In this document: positions 17,848 to 29,176 of the stretch, one piece after another | How positions within the stretch are numbered: the first letter of the stretch is position 1 | Layout: each line of letters starts with the position of its first letter | Source: Gemmatimonadales bacterium | GTDB lineage: Bacteria; Gemmatimonadota; Gemmatimonadetes; Gemmatimonadales; GWC2-71-9 | Assembly: GCA_040877595.1 (NCBI GenBank) | Contig: JBBDNM010000026.1 | Span: 78,732 to 142,731 of the forward strand | Direction of reading: 5' to 3' | Length of the DNA: 64,000 nucleotides | Notes under the pieces: generated by a model | Database searches by the model: none | Told to the model about the DNA's origin: nothing | What the model saw: only the letters and a program-made list of their open reading frames with translations | Program-made: the position numbers and the translations under genes

Positions 17848-18852
17848 CTAATGGATCAAGACGGCCCGGGCGGCCTCCAGCACCTTGGCCTGCACGTCCG
17901 CGAGCGTACCCTCGAGCGATGCGCCCGCGGCCCTCACGTGGCCCCCACCATCAAACTGTCCCGCCAGTGCTGCCACATCCACACCGCTCATCGAGCGAAA
18001 ACTCACCTTGATGCGACCGTTCCCGATGGGACGGAACAGCAGTGCGAGCCGAACGCCGGCGATCGAACGGGGAAACTCAACGATGCCGTCCAGATCTTCC
18101 GAGGTGGCCCCGAATTGCTCCATGGCACCGGGCGGGACGGTTACCCACGCGAGTCCGTTTTCCACCACCAGTGTCTCGAGCACGTGCCCGGTCAGCCGCA
18201 CCCTTCCCTCCGGCGCGCTGGCATACACCTGCGCGTATACGGTCTCGGGATCCAGTCCGCATTCCAGCAGCTCGGCCGCCACGCGGAGCACCCGGGGCGA
18301 GGTATTACTGAACCGGAACCCGCCGGTGTCGGTCAGCATGGCCACATAGAGCCCGCGAGCCGCAGCCGGCGACAGCTCCCACCCGGCCACGCGGCCCAGG
18401 TCGTACAGCAACTCGCCGGTGGCGGCCGCGGCCGGATCCACCATGCGCGGGCCCGGCGGGAGCTGCCCTTCGCTCATATGGTGATCAATGCAGACCACGG
18501 GCACGCCGCGTGACGCCACGTGGCTCCCGAGCTGGCCCAGACGCCCCAGATCAGCAATGTCGAGCACCACGATGAGATCGGCCTGTTCGATGGCCTTGAC
18601 CCCCTGGGTGCCGGCGTCGAGGTCGTCCCGACCGTCCAGCAGGAAGCGGTACCGGTCGGGGAACCCCGTGGGAGCGGCAATCACCGGCAGGCAGCCGAGC
18701 GCCTCAAGGCACAGCGCCAGCCCGACCGCACTGCCCGAGCCGTCCCCGTCGGCATTCACGTGGGTGGTGATCACGACTCGCTGGCCGGGCACAAACGCTT
18801 TCAGCACGAGCCGCGCATCCCGGCGGCGTTTCGGGGGTATGGGGAGGGTCAT
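17848..18852 (-). CDS. nrnA: DHH/DHHA1 phosphoesterase (NrnA-type oligoribonuclease/pAp phosphatase)
   Basis: HVNADGDGSGSAVG, VLDIAD, CIDHHMS, GGGHVRAAG. Confidence 0.88.
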   Translation of the reverse strand: MTLPIPPKRRRDARLVLKAFVPGQRVVITTHVNADGDGSGSAVGLALCLEALGCLPVIAAPTGFPDRYRFLLDGRDDLDAGTQGVKAIEQADLIVVLDIADLGRLGQLGSHVASRGVPVVCIDHHMSEGQLPPGPRMVDPAAAATGELLYDLGRVAGWELSPAAARGLYVAMLTDTGGFRFSNTSPRVLRVAAELLECGLDPETVYAQVYASAPEGRVRLTGHVLETLVVENGLAWVTVPPGAMEQFGATSEDLDGIVEFPRSIAGVRLALLFRPIGNGRIKVSFRSMSGVDVAALAGQFDGGGHVRAAGASLEGTLADVQAKVLEAARAVLIH

Positions 18853-18928
18853 TGCCGGGGGAAGCTAGCGCCGAGCCCACGCTTTGCCCATCTTGTGCCC
18901 GGCCAAAACGCCCCCCAAGGGAGTCTGC

Positions 18929-20662
18929 ATGCTCGAACACATCGTCACCACGGTCAACAACCTCGTGTGGGGGTTCGGCTTCACCATCGGCGGGGAGCGA
19001 CTTCCCGTGGTGGTGATTGCCCTGCTCGGCACCGGCGTCTTCCTTACCCTTCGGCTCGGGTTCATCCAGTTGCGCCGCATCGGCCACGGGTTTGCCGTGA
19101 CCAGCGGCAAGTACGATGACCCCGACGAGCCCGGTGACGTGCCGCATTTCCAGGCGCTCACCACGGCCCTTTCGGCCACGGTCGGGATCGGGAACATCGC
19201 CGGCGTCGCGATCGCGATTCACTGGGGTGGGCCCGGCGCGTTGTTCTGGATGTGGATGACAGCCCTGCTCGGCATGGCGGTCAAATACTCCGAGGTGACG
19301 CTGGCCCAGCACTATCGGGTGACGGAACCCAACGCGACCGCGCTGACGGGGTCCGTCTCCGGCGGCCCGATGTACTACATCGAACGCGGACTCGGGAAAC
19401 ACTGGAAGCCGCTGGCGATTTTCTTTGCGATCATGCTCGGCTTCACGGCGTTCCTGACCGGGAACGCGGTGCAGTCCAACACGGTTGCCGACACGATGCT
19501 CACCGAGTTCAGCATGCCGGCGTGGGCGACGGGCCTGATCACGAGCGCCATCGTGGCCTCCGTGGTGTTGGGTGGCATCAAGCGCATCGGGCGCGTCACC
19601 GCGATCATGGCGCCGGTCATGGCGGCGGTGTACGTCCTCGGCGCCGCCGTGATCATCCTGCTGCATTTCGACTGGTTCATCCCGGCGGTGAAACTCATCT
19701 TCACCGAAGCGTTCAACCCCACCGCGGGTGTCGCGGGCACGGGCATTGGCGCGATCCTCACCACGATGATGTGGGGTGTGCGACGCGGCCTGTTCTCGAA
19801 CGAGGCCGGCCAGGGTTCCGCGCCCATCGCGCACGCGGCCGCCAAGACCGACGAGCCCGTCTCTGAGGGCGTCGTCGCGCTGCTCGAGCCGTTCATTGAT
19901 ACGCTGGTGATCTGCACGATGACCGGGCTCGTCATCATCATGACGCAGTCCTGGCAGGAGACGACCCCCACGGCCCTGTCTCTTGGTGGCGGCGACCGCG
20001 GGTACGTTCTGGTGGACGACGGTGGCGTCACGCGCCAGGCCACGCTGGCCGATGCCCCGGTCTCACTCCGCATCGCGAACGGTGCGCCTGCCGACCCGGC
20101 TGGCATCCGGTTTGCCTGGCACGAAGCGTCGGTCGAGATGTTCTATACGGATGCCGGCCAGACGATGCCGTTCACGGGCGTTATTCGCCCCGCGACCGGC
20201 GATGCGCTTGCCGACGACGGCACCACCTACGGCACGTTGTACGGACCGGCGGTCGAAAGCGGCGCGCCGCTCACCATGATGGCGTTCCGGGAGGGCCTGC
20301 CCGGCACCTGGGGCCGCTTCATCGTGCTGTTCGGTGTCTTGCTCTTTGCCATTTCAACGGCCATCAGCTGGAGCTACTACGGCGACCGCTGTGCCAACTA
20401 CCTGTTTGGCGCCAAGGCCATTCTGCCCTACAAGATCGCGTTCATCGGCATGCACTTCTTCGGCGCCGTGGTCTCGCTGCAGGTGATCTGGGACATGGGC
20501 GATATTGCCCTCGGCATCGTGATTCTCCCCAACCTGCTGGCGCTCTGGCTGTTGTCCGGCAAGGTGAAGGAAATGACCGACAGCTACTTCCAGCGCCGGC
20601 CGTGGGAGTCGAACGCCGAGAAGCACAAACAACTGAAGGCCCAAGGCAAGCAGACCCACTAA
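18929..20662 (+). CDS. alanine/glycine:cation symporter (AGCS family) with a long extra-membrane insertion
   Basis: ATG at 18929 (MLEHIVTTVNNLVWG). LSATVGIGNIAGVAIAIHWGGPGALFWMWMTALLGM. SNEAGQGSAPIAHAAAKT. About 100 extra residues at roughly nt 19945-20265. Confidence 0.88.
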   Translation: MLEHIVTTVNNLVWGFGFTIGGERLPVVVIALLGTGVFLTLRLGFIQLRRIGHGFAVTSGKYDDPDEPGDVPHFQALTTALSATVGIGNIAGVAIAIHWGGPGALFWMWMTALLGMAVKYSEVTLAQHYRVTEPNATALTGSVSGGPMYYIERGLGKHWKPLAIFFAIMLGFTAFLTGNAVQSNTVADTMLTEFSMPAWATGLITSAIVASVVLGGIKRIGRVTAIMAPVMAAVYVLGAAVIILLHFDWFIPAVKLIFTEAFNPTAGVAGTGIGAILTTMMWGVRRGLFSNEAGQGSAPIAHAAAKTDEPVSEGVVALLEPFIDTLVICTMTGLVIIMTQSWQETTPTALSLGGGDRGYVLVDDGGVTRQATLADAPVSLRIANGAPADPAGIRFAWHEASVEMFYTDAGQTMPFTGVIRPATGDALADDGTTYGTLYGPAVESGAPLTMMAFREGLPGTWGRFIVLFGVLLFAISTAISWSYYGDRCANYLFGAKAILPYKIAFIGMHFFGAVVSLQVIWDMGDIALGIVILPNLLALWLLSGKVKEMTDSYFQRRPWESNAEKHKQLKAQGKQTH

Positions 20663-20674
20663 CCCAAGGATCCC

Positions 20675-22075
20675 ATGCGGCAGACCGGCTCGTTTCGTCC
20701 GCTGGATTTCGACGAATCCACCGCCACCGCCGAACCGTGGGAACGGCTGCATGAACTGATCGCCGCGGGGCAACCCGCGGCGATTTTGCCGTTCCTCACT
20801 TCCCTCGCGCCCGGGGAAACCGCCCGGGCCATGGACCGCCTGAGCGAGGGGGACCAGCTCGCGTTAATGACGCTCCTGGCGCCCGAAGACGCGGCCGACG
20901 TGCTCGACACGATGACGGACGGGCAAGCGGCCGACCTGGTGGAGGAGATGTCGGCCGAGCAGGCGGCTGCGATCGTCCAGGAACTGCCGAGCGCCATGCA
21001 GGCGGACCTGCTCGGCGACCTGGAGGACGAGGACGCGCAGGCCATCCTGAGCAACATGCGGGTGCCGCGCCGTACCGAGGCCCTGCGCCTGATGGCGTAC
21101 GAGCCCGATACGGCCGGCGGCGTCATGATGACGGAGTACCTCGCCTATCGCGAGGACCAGGCCGTGGCCGACGTCATCGAAGACCTGCGCGCCAACGCTG
21201 ATCGGTACCAGGACTTCGACATTCAGTATGCCTACGTCCTCGGGGAGCGCGACCGCCTGGTTGGTGTGCTGCGGCTGCGAGACCTGCTGCTGACCGCTCC
21301 GAACGTGGGTGTCGCCTCGATCATGATTCGCGATCCGCTGCGCGTGGCGGACAATACCACCATCGAAGATCTCAAGCGGTTCTTCGATGAGCACGCCTTC
21401 TACGGCATCCCGGTGGTCGATCAGGACGACCGGCTGGTCGGCGTGGTGCGACGGGCCGCCGTCGAACGCGGGCTCAATCAGCGGGCCACACAGACGTTCC
21501 TGGCGGCAAGCGGTATTGTGGGCGATGAGGAACTCCGCTCGATGCCGATGGTGTTCCGCGCCAAGAATCGCCTGTCGTGGCTCTCGCTCAATATCATCCT
21601 GAACGTGATCGCAGCCAGCGTCATCACGCTGTTCCAGGATACCCTGTCTGCTGTGGTGATTCTCGCCGTGTTTCTTCCCATCATTTCCGACATGAGCGGG
21701 TGCTCGGGCAATCAGGCGGTGGCGGTCAGTATTCGCGAGATGTCCCTGGGCCTGCTCCGGCCCTACGAGTACATGCGCGTGGTCATCAAGGAAGGTTCGC
21801 TCGGCATACTGAACGGCGTGGCCCTCGGGATCGTGCTGGGAGCGCTGGCATTCCTGTGGAAGGGGAACATCTGGCTGAGTCTGGTCGTATTTCTCGCCCT
21901 CGCCATCAACACGCTGATTGCGGTACTGGCCGGTGGCCTGATTCCGCTCCTGATCAAGCGCCTCAAGTTTGATCCGGCCGTGGGGGCGGCCCCGCTCCTC
22001 ACCACGGTCACCGACATGTGCGGCTTCCTGCTGGTGCTCGGCCTCGCGACGATGGTGCTGGACAAGCTGGTGTGA
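20675..22075 (+). CDS. mgtE: magnesium transporter MgtE
   Basis: MgtE N-domain (acidic helices), a CBS pair, and a TM domain with FLPIISDMSGCSGNQAVAVSIR. Confidence 0.92.
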   Translation: MRQTGSFRPLDFDESTATAEPWERLHELIAAGQPAAILPFLTSLAPGETARAMDRLSEGDQLALMTLLAPEDAADVLDTMTDGQAADLVEEMSAEQAAAIVQELPSAMQADLLGDLEDEDAQAILSNMRVPRRTEALRLMAYEPDTAGGVMMTEYLAYREDQAVADVIEDLRANADRYQDFDIQYAYVLGERDRLVGVLRLRDLLLTAPNVGVASIMIRDPLRVADNTTIEDLKRFFDEHAFYGIPVVDQDDRLVGVVRRAAVERGLNQRATQTFLAASGIVGDEELRSMPMVFRAKNRLSWLSLNIILNVIAASVITLFQDTLSAVVILAVFLPIISDMSGCSGNQAVAVSIREMSLGLLRPYEYMRVVIKEGSLGILNGVALGIVLGALAFLWKGNIWLSLVVFLALAINTLIAVLAGGLIPLLIKRLKFDPAVGAAPLLTTVTDMCGFLLVLGLATMVLDKLV

Positions 22076-22079
22076 GACG

Positions 22080-23564
<1,485 letters not shown>

Positions 23565-23879
23565 TCAAGACGCGGCGGGCGGCTCCGGCTTGCGTCCCAT
23601 CTCATGCACGGCGGCGCGCCCTGCGTCGGCCAATCGGTCCATCAGGCGGGCGGCGGTGTCCACGGCGCCCACCGTGCCCTTGATGGCGGCGGCCGGCAGG
23701 CGCACGGCCCGCATGGCGTCCTGCACGCTGTCCGCGATCTTGTCCATCACGCCGTCCTTCCGCTCCCCGGCGCTGTACTTGGACTCAAGAAACTCGATGT
23801 AATCGAGTACACGGTACGCCTGCTCGTCCGGCAGCCGCTCGAGGCGGCGCATCAGGCGTTTCATCAGCATGTCGTCCAT
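23565..23879 (-). CDS. hypothetical small protein
   Basis: 104-aa ORF in the operon position between a secreted-protein gene and guaB. N-terminal helix RLPDEQAYRVLDYIEFLESKY. No diagnostic motif. Confidence 0.5.
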   Translation of the reverse strand: MDDMLMKRLMRRLERLPDEQAYRVLDYIEFLESKYSAGERKDGVMDKIADSVQDAMRAVRLPAAAIKGTVGAVDTAARLMDRLADAGRAAVHEMGRKPEPPAAS

Positions 23880-23882
23880 TGA

Positions 23883-24902
23883 TCAGCGCTCCACGGTCGC
23901 GAGTTCGATCAGGTCGAGTACGGGGTTGCCGAGGTAGCGGGATCGTCCGACCCGCACCCGCGCCAGCAGCACGACGTCGGCGAGCGGCGGCAGGGCGCGG
24001 ACGCGCTCGACCCAACCCTCCGGCACGATGACATACGCAAACGAGGCCTCGGGCGACGGACCGCGAACCAGGAGGTACTGGCTCCCCGGCGGCATCTCAG
24101 GACGCAGCTCGTCGGCGACCTGCCGGCTCACCACCTGTACGCGCCACTGGAGGACCCGGCCTTCGAAGTCCTGCGGGCGGGCGCGCACCTCGGCACTGGA
24201 GACACCCACCAGCACGCCGGCCGCCCCGGGACGCAATGAAGATTCCGGCACCCACACGTCGAGCTGGACGCGCGCCCACCCACCGGCCCTGCCCAGCACG
24301 CGCACGGGCATGCCCGGCGCAAGCGTCCCGACCGAGTCACCCGCCGCGGTACGGGCCACCGGCGTCTCGGTGCCCAGCGTGGCGCGATCGAGCGTGGGAG
24401 GTCCCGCCGATGTGGGCGCAGCAGTTGCCGGTTCGGCGACCGGGGCATCCAGGCGTGTAAGGGATCGTTCCCACATCCAGGCGGTGCGGCGGACGCGCAC
24501 CCACCCGCTGGTACGCTCGACTTCTTCCAGCAGGCAGCCTTCGCGCAGCCGCGCCCGCACTCCGCCGTTAGGCTGCACGCGGAGGTTTTCGCCGGCCGCC
24601 GGGCGTACGGCGAGCGTAAATCCATCACGTACCCGAGGCGTAATAGACTGGCCCCAGATCCACCCCTCGAGTGTGATCTGCACCCAGCCATCACGGACCT
24701 CGCCACCCACCACCTCCACCCCGGCCTGCACCGTGCCCAGCAACGTGCCCGCCGGACCCGGTTCGGCCCGGAAGTTCTCCTGGCGATCCACGCGGTAGCG
24801 CACTTGCGCGTGGGTCGTGGGTACCAGCATCAGCCCTGACAGGACCACCAGGCAGGCTGGTAGCCGGTACAGAGCCCGGGTACATTGCGACACGTTCTTC
24901 AT
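23883..24902 (-). CDS. hypothetical secreted protein with SH3-like repeats
   Basis: Signal-anchor LPACLVVLSGLMLVPTTHAQ. Three W-containing repeats: GWVQITLEGWIWG, GWVRVRRTAWMW, GWARVQLDVWVP. Confidence 0.6.
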   Translation of the reverse strand: MKNVSQCTRALYRLPACLVVLSGLMLVPTTHAQVRYRVDRQENFRAEPGPAGTLLGTVQAGVEVVGGEVRDGWVQITLEGWIWGQSITPRVRDGFTLAVRPAAGENLRVQPNGGVRARLREGCLLEEVERTSGWVRVRRTAWMWERSLTRLDAPVAEPATAAPTSAGPPTLDRATLGTETPVARTAAGDSVGTLAPGMPVRVLGRAGGWARVQLDVWVPESSLRPGAAGVLVGVSSAEVRARPQDFEGRVLQWRVQVVSRQVADELRPEMPPGSQYLLVRGPSPEASFAYVIVPEGWVERVRALPPLADVVLLARVRVGRSRYLGNPVLDLIELATVER

Positions 24903-24933
24903 CCGGCCGCCATTCTAGGAGTCGTCCGCACGG

Positions 24934-25638
24934 ATGTCAAAGTCGTTGGTTCTCCTCATGATCGTGGTCTGTCCGGCGGTGCTTGCGGCGCAAGTTGGTC
25001 ATGCGCCTGAACGTTCACCTTACCGGGACATTACGGGACGCACCAGTCTGGTGTTGCAGGGCGGCCTTCTGGGCGGCTCCGGCGGACTGTTGGATATCGG
25101 GCCCACCGGCGGTGCGCTCTACGGGTTCCGCCTGGAAACGGTCCTGTCCGGACCGACCGACGGTTTCCTCGGCTTCACGAGGGGTCGCCCCGAGCGGATG
25201 CTCGTAGACCCCACGGCACCCGAGGCCTCCCGCGTCAGCGGCCCGGAGTCGCAGTCGCTCGTGATCGTGGACGCCGGACTCACCATCCTGCTTGCCGGCG
25301 AGAAAACGTGGAACGGCTTGGCCCCGTTCGTGGGCGCCTCGTTGGGCATGGGATTCGCCACCACACCGGCGGCCGATACCACGAGCGGCTTCCGGTTCAA
25401 CGCCAAGCTCGTAACCGGTCCTCATGTCGGCGTACGTTGGTACGCCACGCGTTCCATCTCGCTGCGCGCCGAGGGGCGGTTGCTGTTCTGGCAGCTCAAG
25501 TACCCGAGCCTTTTCTTCCAGTCGCCTGCTGGCGCGCCGAACGATCCGCCGGTGCTTGACCCGGCCAGCAGCCCCGATTCGGAATGGACGTCGCATCCCG
25601 TGCTGCACTTCGGGCTCGGAATCGCCTTCCGGCTCTAA
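24934..25638 (+). CDS. hypothetical outer-membrane beta-barrel protein
   Basis: Signal MSKSLVLLMIVVCPAVLAAQ. Alternating strand pattern. C-terminal HFGLGIAFRL. Confidence 0.6.
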   Translation: MSKSLVLLMIVVCPAVLAAQVGHAPERSPYRDITGRTSLVLQGGLLGGSGGLLDIGPTGGALYGFRLETVLSGPTDGFLGFTRGRPERMLVDPTAPEASRVSGPESQSLVIVDAGLTILLAGEKTWNGLAPFVGASLGMGFATTPAADTTSGFRFNAKLVTGPHVGVRWYATRSISLRAEGRLLFWQLKYPSLFFQSPAGAPNDPPVLDPASSPDSEWTSHPVLHFGLGIAFRL

Positions 25639-25641
25639 ACG

Positions 25642-26346
25642 GTGGACTTCCTCGTCGAGGGGCTGCGACGGGCGCTGACGCTCCTCGCCGGCGCGGACCC
25701 CGACGTGATCGGCATCGCGGCGCTCTCGCTTCGCGTCGCGGTGGTTGCTACGCTCCTCGCCTGTCTGATCGGCATTCCCACCGGGTTCGTCCTTGGCACC
25801 ACCCGCTTCTGGGGTCGGCGTGCCGTGCTCACCGTCCTCAACACGATGCTCGCGTTCCCTACGGTCGTGATCGGCCTGCTCGTGTGGGGTCTGCTCGCGC
25901 GGCAGGGACCGTTCGGCGGGCTGGGTCTGTTATACACCTGGTGGGCGATTGTGGTCGCCGAGGTCGTGCTGGCGGCACCGATTGCTGCCGCGCTGACGGC
26001 GGCGGCGGTTCAGGGCGTTGATCCACGCGTGCGGCGCACCGCCCTGACGCTGGGTGCGGGACCGTTGCGGACCCATTGGGCGGTCGCCCGTGAGGCCCGG
26101 TTTGCGCTGGCGGCGGCGGTCATTGTCGCGTTTGGCCGGGTGCTCGCCGAGGTGGGGGCGGTGATGATTGTCGGCGGCAACATCCGGCACCACACGCGGA
26201 CACTCACGACGGCCGTGACCCTGGCCACGTCCCAGGGGGACTTCGGTCTTGCGGTGGCGCTGGGGCTCGTCCTGCTGGCCATCGCGCTCACGGTGAATGT
26301 GCTGCTCCAACTGTTCCAGGGCCGAGACGATGCTCAGCGCGCGTGA
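25642..26346 (+). CDS. ABC transporter permease, tungstate/molybdate (TupB-like) type
   Basis: GTG start. 234 aa. VMIVGGNIRHHTRTLTTAVTLATSQGDFGLAVALGLVLL resembles the TupB signature. Confidence 0.75.
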   Translation: MDFLVEGLRRALTLLAGADPDVIGIAALSLRVAVVATLLACLIGIPTGFVLGTTRFWGRRAVLTVLNTMLAFPTVVIGLLVWGLLARQGPFGGLGLLYTWWAIVVAEVVLAAPIAAALTAAAVQGVDPRVRRTALTLGAGPLRTHWAVAREARFALAAAVIVAFGRVLAEVGAVMIVGGNIRHHTRTLTTAVTLATSQGDFGLAVALGLVLLAIALTVNVLLQLFQGRDDAQRA

Positions 26347-27310
26347 CCTGCGGGTGGTGCGGGGGAACCGCGCGGTGCTGGACGTGAGCCGCGTGGAGCT
26401 CGCGGCGGGCACGGTGACGGCGATACTCGGGCCTAACGGCGCGGGGAAGAGCACCTTGCTCAGTGTGCTGGCGTTCCTGGAGGCGCCGGATGCCGGCGCC
26501 CTCACGCTGGACGGCCACCAGGTGCGCACGCGCGGCGAGCAACGCGCGGCGCGGCAACGGGTGACGCTGGTGGATCAGGCCCCGCTCGCGTTTCGCGGTA
26601 CGGTGGTCGAGAACCTCCAGTGGCCGCACCGGGCTCGTGGTGCGGGCGGCGAGGTCGTCTCGACGGCAACGGCGTTGGGAATCGAAGGCCTGCTGTCGCG
26701 TGACGCGCGCACGCTCTCGAGCGGCGAGCTGCAGCGTCTCGCGTTGGCGCGCGCCCTGCTGTGCCGGCCGGCGGTGCTGCTGCTGGATGAGCCCACGAGC
26801 GCCGGCGACCGCACGGCGAGCGATGCGGTGGAGGCTGCTATCACTCGGGCACGCGCCGCGGGCGTCGCGGTGGCCCTCGCGTCGCACCGGCTGGGTGAGG
26901 CGTATCGGTGGTCCGACCGTGTGCTCGGCCTGGCCGATGGCAAGCTGGACACGGTCACACCCGAGAACCTGTTTCGGGTGGTGCTGCCCACCGGCACCGG
27001 CGTCAAGGCGGTGGCCTGTGGTGCGCTGACGGTGCACATCGTGACGGATCGCTCGGGTGCCGCGGTGCTCGCGGTGCCCCCGGAGGACATCGTCTTGAGT
27101 GCGGCACCGCTCTCGTCGTCGGCCCGGAACACGTTTCCTGGTCGCGTGATCGGCATTGTCGAGGAAGGCGCCGGGCGCCTGTCGGTCACCGTAGATGCGG
27201 GGACCACGCTCGTGGCCCGGGTAACTCCTTCCGCGCTACGGGAGCTGGGCCTGACGGTCGGGTCGCCCGTGGTGCTCTCGGTCAAGGCGACGGCCGTGCG
27301 GGTGTTGTAG
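26330..27310 (+). CDS. ABC transporter ATP-binding protein with a C-terminal Mop/TOBE-like domain
   Basis: ATG at 26330. Walker A GPNGAGKST. Signature LSSGELQRLALARAL. Walker B LLLDEP. C-terminal FPGRVIGIVEEGAGRLSVTVDAG...VVLSVKATAVRVL. Confidence 0.85.
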   Translation: MLSARDLRVVRGNRAVLDVSRVELAAGTVTAILGPNGAGKSTLLSVLAFLEAPDAGALTLDGHQVRTRGEQRAARQRVTLVDQAPLAFRGTVVENLQWPHRARGAGGEVVSTATALGIEGLLSRDARTLSSGELQRLALARALLCRPAVLLLDEPTSAGDRTASDAVEAAITRARAAGVAVALASHRLGEAYRWSDRVLGLADGKLDTVTPENLFRVVLPTGTGVKAVACGALTVHIVTDRSGAAVLAVPPEDIVLSAAPLSSSARNTFPGRVIGIVEEGAGRLSVTVDAGTTLVARVTPSALRELGLTVGSPVVLSVKATAVRVL

Positions 27311-27330
27311 TCCGCGCGTAGATTCGATTC

Positions 27331-28056
27331 ATGCGCGAAAGTGCCCGTCGCAACACGTCCCAGCTCGTCGAGGAGACGGCCGTCTGGCTCGAGATCAACG
27401 GAGCCCCGGCGGTCACGTGGATGTGTACCGCGCACCAACTCGAGGAACTCGCGGTGGGCTGGCTGTACGGCGAGGGCTACATCGCCTCCGCGGCCGACGT
27501 GCGGCTCAAGCCCTGCGCCACCGACCTGGGCTTCTGGGCCACCGTACCGGACGACCGCGTGACCGCCGTGCTGGGCAAGGAGCGCCGGTCCGTGCTCGCG
27601 TCGGGATGCGGCGCGGTCGCCACCTACCTGGCGCCACCCGAACCCGGCACGTGGGAGCCCATTCGAGGGGAACCGCCCGGGGTCGAGATCCTGCGCGTCC
27701 GCTTCAAGGAGATGTTCGGCCTGGGTGAGCGGTACCACGATACGGGCGGCATTCACGGCGCGGCGCTCACCAATGGAGACACGCTGCTTCAGCACGCCGA
27801 GGATATCGGCCGGCACAACGCCGTGGATAAGGTGGTAGGCGCCGCGATTCTGGCAGGCGCTGCACCCACCGGCCTCGGTCTGTTGGTGACCGGACGCATC
27901 TCCGCGGAACTCGCCTCCAAGGCGGCCGCCGCCGGCATCGCGTGGGTGGCGACACCGTCTGTCCCCTCGTCACTCGCCGCCACCATCGCCGCCCGATGCG
28001 GCATGATCCTGGTGGGCCGAGCGGTCAGCGGCCAGCCGCATGTGCACCGGCCGTGA
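27331..28056 (+). CDS. fdhD: formate dehydrogenase accessory sulfurtransferase FdhD
   Basis: TGGIHGAAL...AEDIGRHNAVDKVVG...LVTGRISAELASKAAAAGI. Confidence 0.88.
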   Translation: MRESARRNTSQLVEETAVWLEINGAPAVTWMCTAHQLEELAVGWLYGEGYIASAADVRLKPCATDLGFWATVPDDRVTAVLGKERRSVLASGCGAVATYLAPPEPGTWEPIRGEPPGVEILRVRFKEMFGLGERYHDTGGIHGAALTNGDTLLQHAEDIGRHNAVDKVVGAAILAGAAPTGLGLLVTGRISAELASKAAAAGIAWVATPSVPSSLAATIAARCGMILVGRAVSGQPHVHRP

Positions 28057-28058
28057 CC

Positions 28059-28655
28059 ATGCGCAGCGCGATCCTGGCCGGCGGGCATTCCACCCGATAC
28101 GGTGGCAGGCCGAAAGGTCTGGAAGCGGTCGGCGGCGAGCGGATTCTCGACCGCTTGATCGAGGCGCTCACGCAGACTACAGGCGGCGCGCCGATACTCA
28201 TCGCCAACCACCAGGATGCCGGAGGATGGCGCCGAGGGCTGACTGTCGTGCCGGACGTGCGCCCCAACTGCGGGACACTCGGCGGCCTCCTCACGGCGGT
28301 GACGGCGGGTGAAGGCCCGGTGCTGGTCGCGGCGTGGGATATGCCATTCGTAAGCGAAAGCCTGCTTCAGGCGTTGATCACCGGATCCCAAGGGTACGAC
28401 GTGTTCCTGCCGGGCTCGGAGGGCCCGCGCGGCATGGAACCGCTCTGCGGCGTGTACGGCCCCGGCTGCCGAGCGCCCATGGAACAGGCGCTCGACGAGG
28501 ACTTTCGCGCCATCGCGTTTCATGACAAGGTGAAGGTCGGGGTCCTGCCGCTGGACGATGTGCGCACCCACGGGGACCCCGCGGCCCTGTTCTTCAACGT
28601 GAACACCACCGACGACCTCGCAGAGGCGGAGACGCTATGGCGATCCCGCGGCTGA
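28059..28655 (+). CDS. mobA: molybdenum cofactor guanylyltransferase MobA
   Basis: ATG at 28059: MRSAILAGGHSTRYGGRPKGLEAVGG...AAWDMPF. Confidence 0.85.
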   Translation: MRSAILAGGHSTRYGGRPKGLEAVGGERILDRLIEALTQTTGGAPILIANHQDAGGWRRGLTVVPDVRPNCGTLGGLLTAVTAGEGPVLVAAWDMPFVSESLLQALITGSQGYDVFLPGSEGPRGMEPLCGVYGPGCRAPMEQALDEDFRAIAFHDKVKVGVLPLDDVRTHGDPAALFFNVNTTDDLAEAETLWRSRG

Positions 28656-29176
28656 TCAGCATCATCGGACGCAAGAACGCGGGCAAGACCACCCTGCTGG
28701 TGGCGCTCGCCGCGGCGTTCGTGCGTCGTGGATTGGACGTCGCGACACTCAAGCACGGGCATCATCCCGCGGCGGCGGACCAGCAGGGCAAGGACACCTG
28801 GCGTCACTACCATGAGGGTGGCGCGCGGCGCGTCATGATCGAGTCACCCGGGGGGCGGGTACTCTTCGAGCGGACGCCATCGGAATCGGACCCGTTCACG
28901 CTGGCGCGGCGCTACCTGGATGGCGCGGACATTATTTTGCTCGAGGGCTTCAAGCACTTCCCCCTCCCCAAGATCGAAGTGCACCGCCAGGCCATTGCGC
29001 AACCGCCCTTGATCATCACGGATCCTGACCTGCCGGGCGGCTGGGTGGCCCTGCTCACCGACCAGCGCGATATCCGCGTGTCGTGCTCGTGCTTCCTGTT
29101 CTCCGACACGTCGTGGCTTCAGATGCTCGCCACGGTGGCCCTGGACAAGGCGCTACCACTCGACCAGGCGCCGTGA
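28637..29176 (+). CDS. mobB: molybdopterin-guanine dinucleotide biosynthesis adaptor MobB
   Basis: P-loop ISIIGRKNAGKTTLL; TLKHGHH; ILLEGFK. Confidence 0.85.
   Translation: MAIPRLISIIGRKNAGKTTLLVALAAAFVRRGLDVATLKHGHHPAAADQQGKDTWRHYHEGGARRVMIESPGGRVLFERTPSESDPFTLARRYLDGADIILLEGFKHFPLPKIEVHRQAIAQPPLIITDPDLPGGWVALLTDQRDIRVSCSCFLFSDTSWLQMLATVALDKALPLDQAP

Noticed and set aside
16806-18513. 401-aa and 443-aa + strand ORFs
   Set aside because: They are antisense to apbC and nrnA, both of which carry diagnostic motifs (GKGGVGKS; DHH/GGGH).
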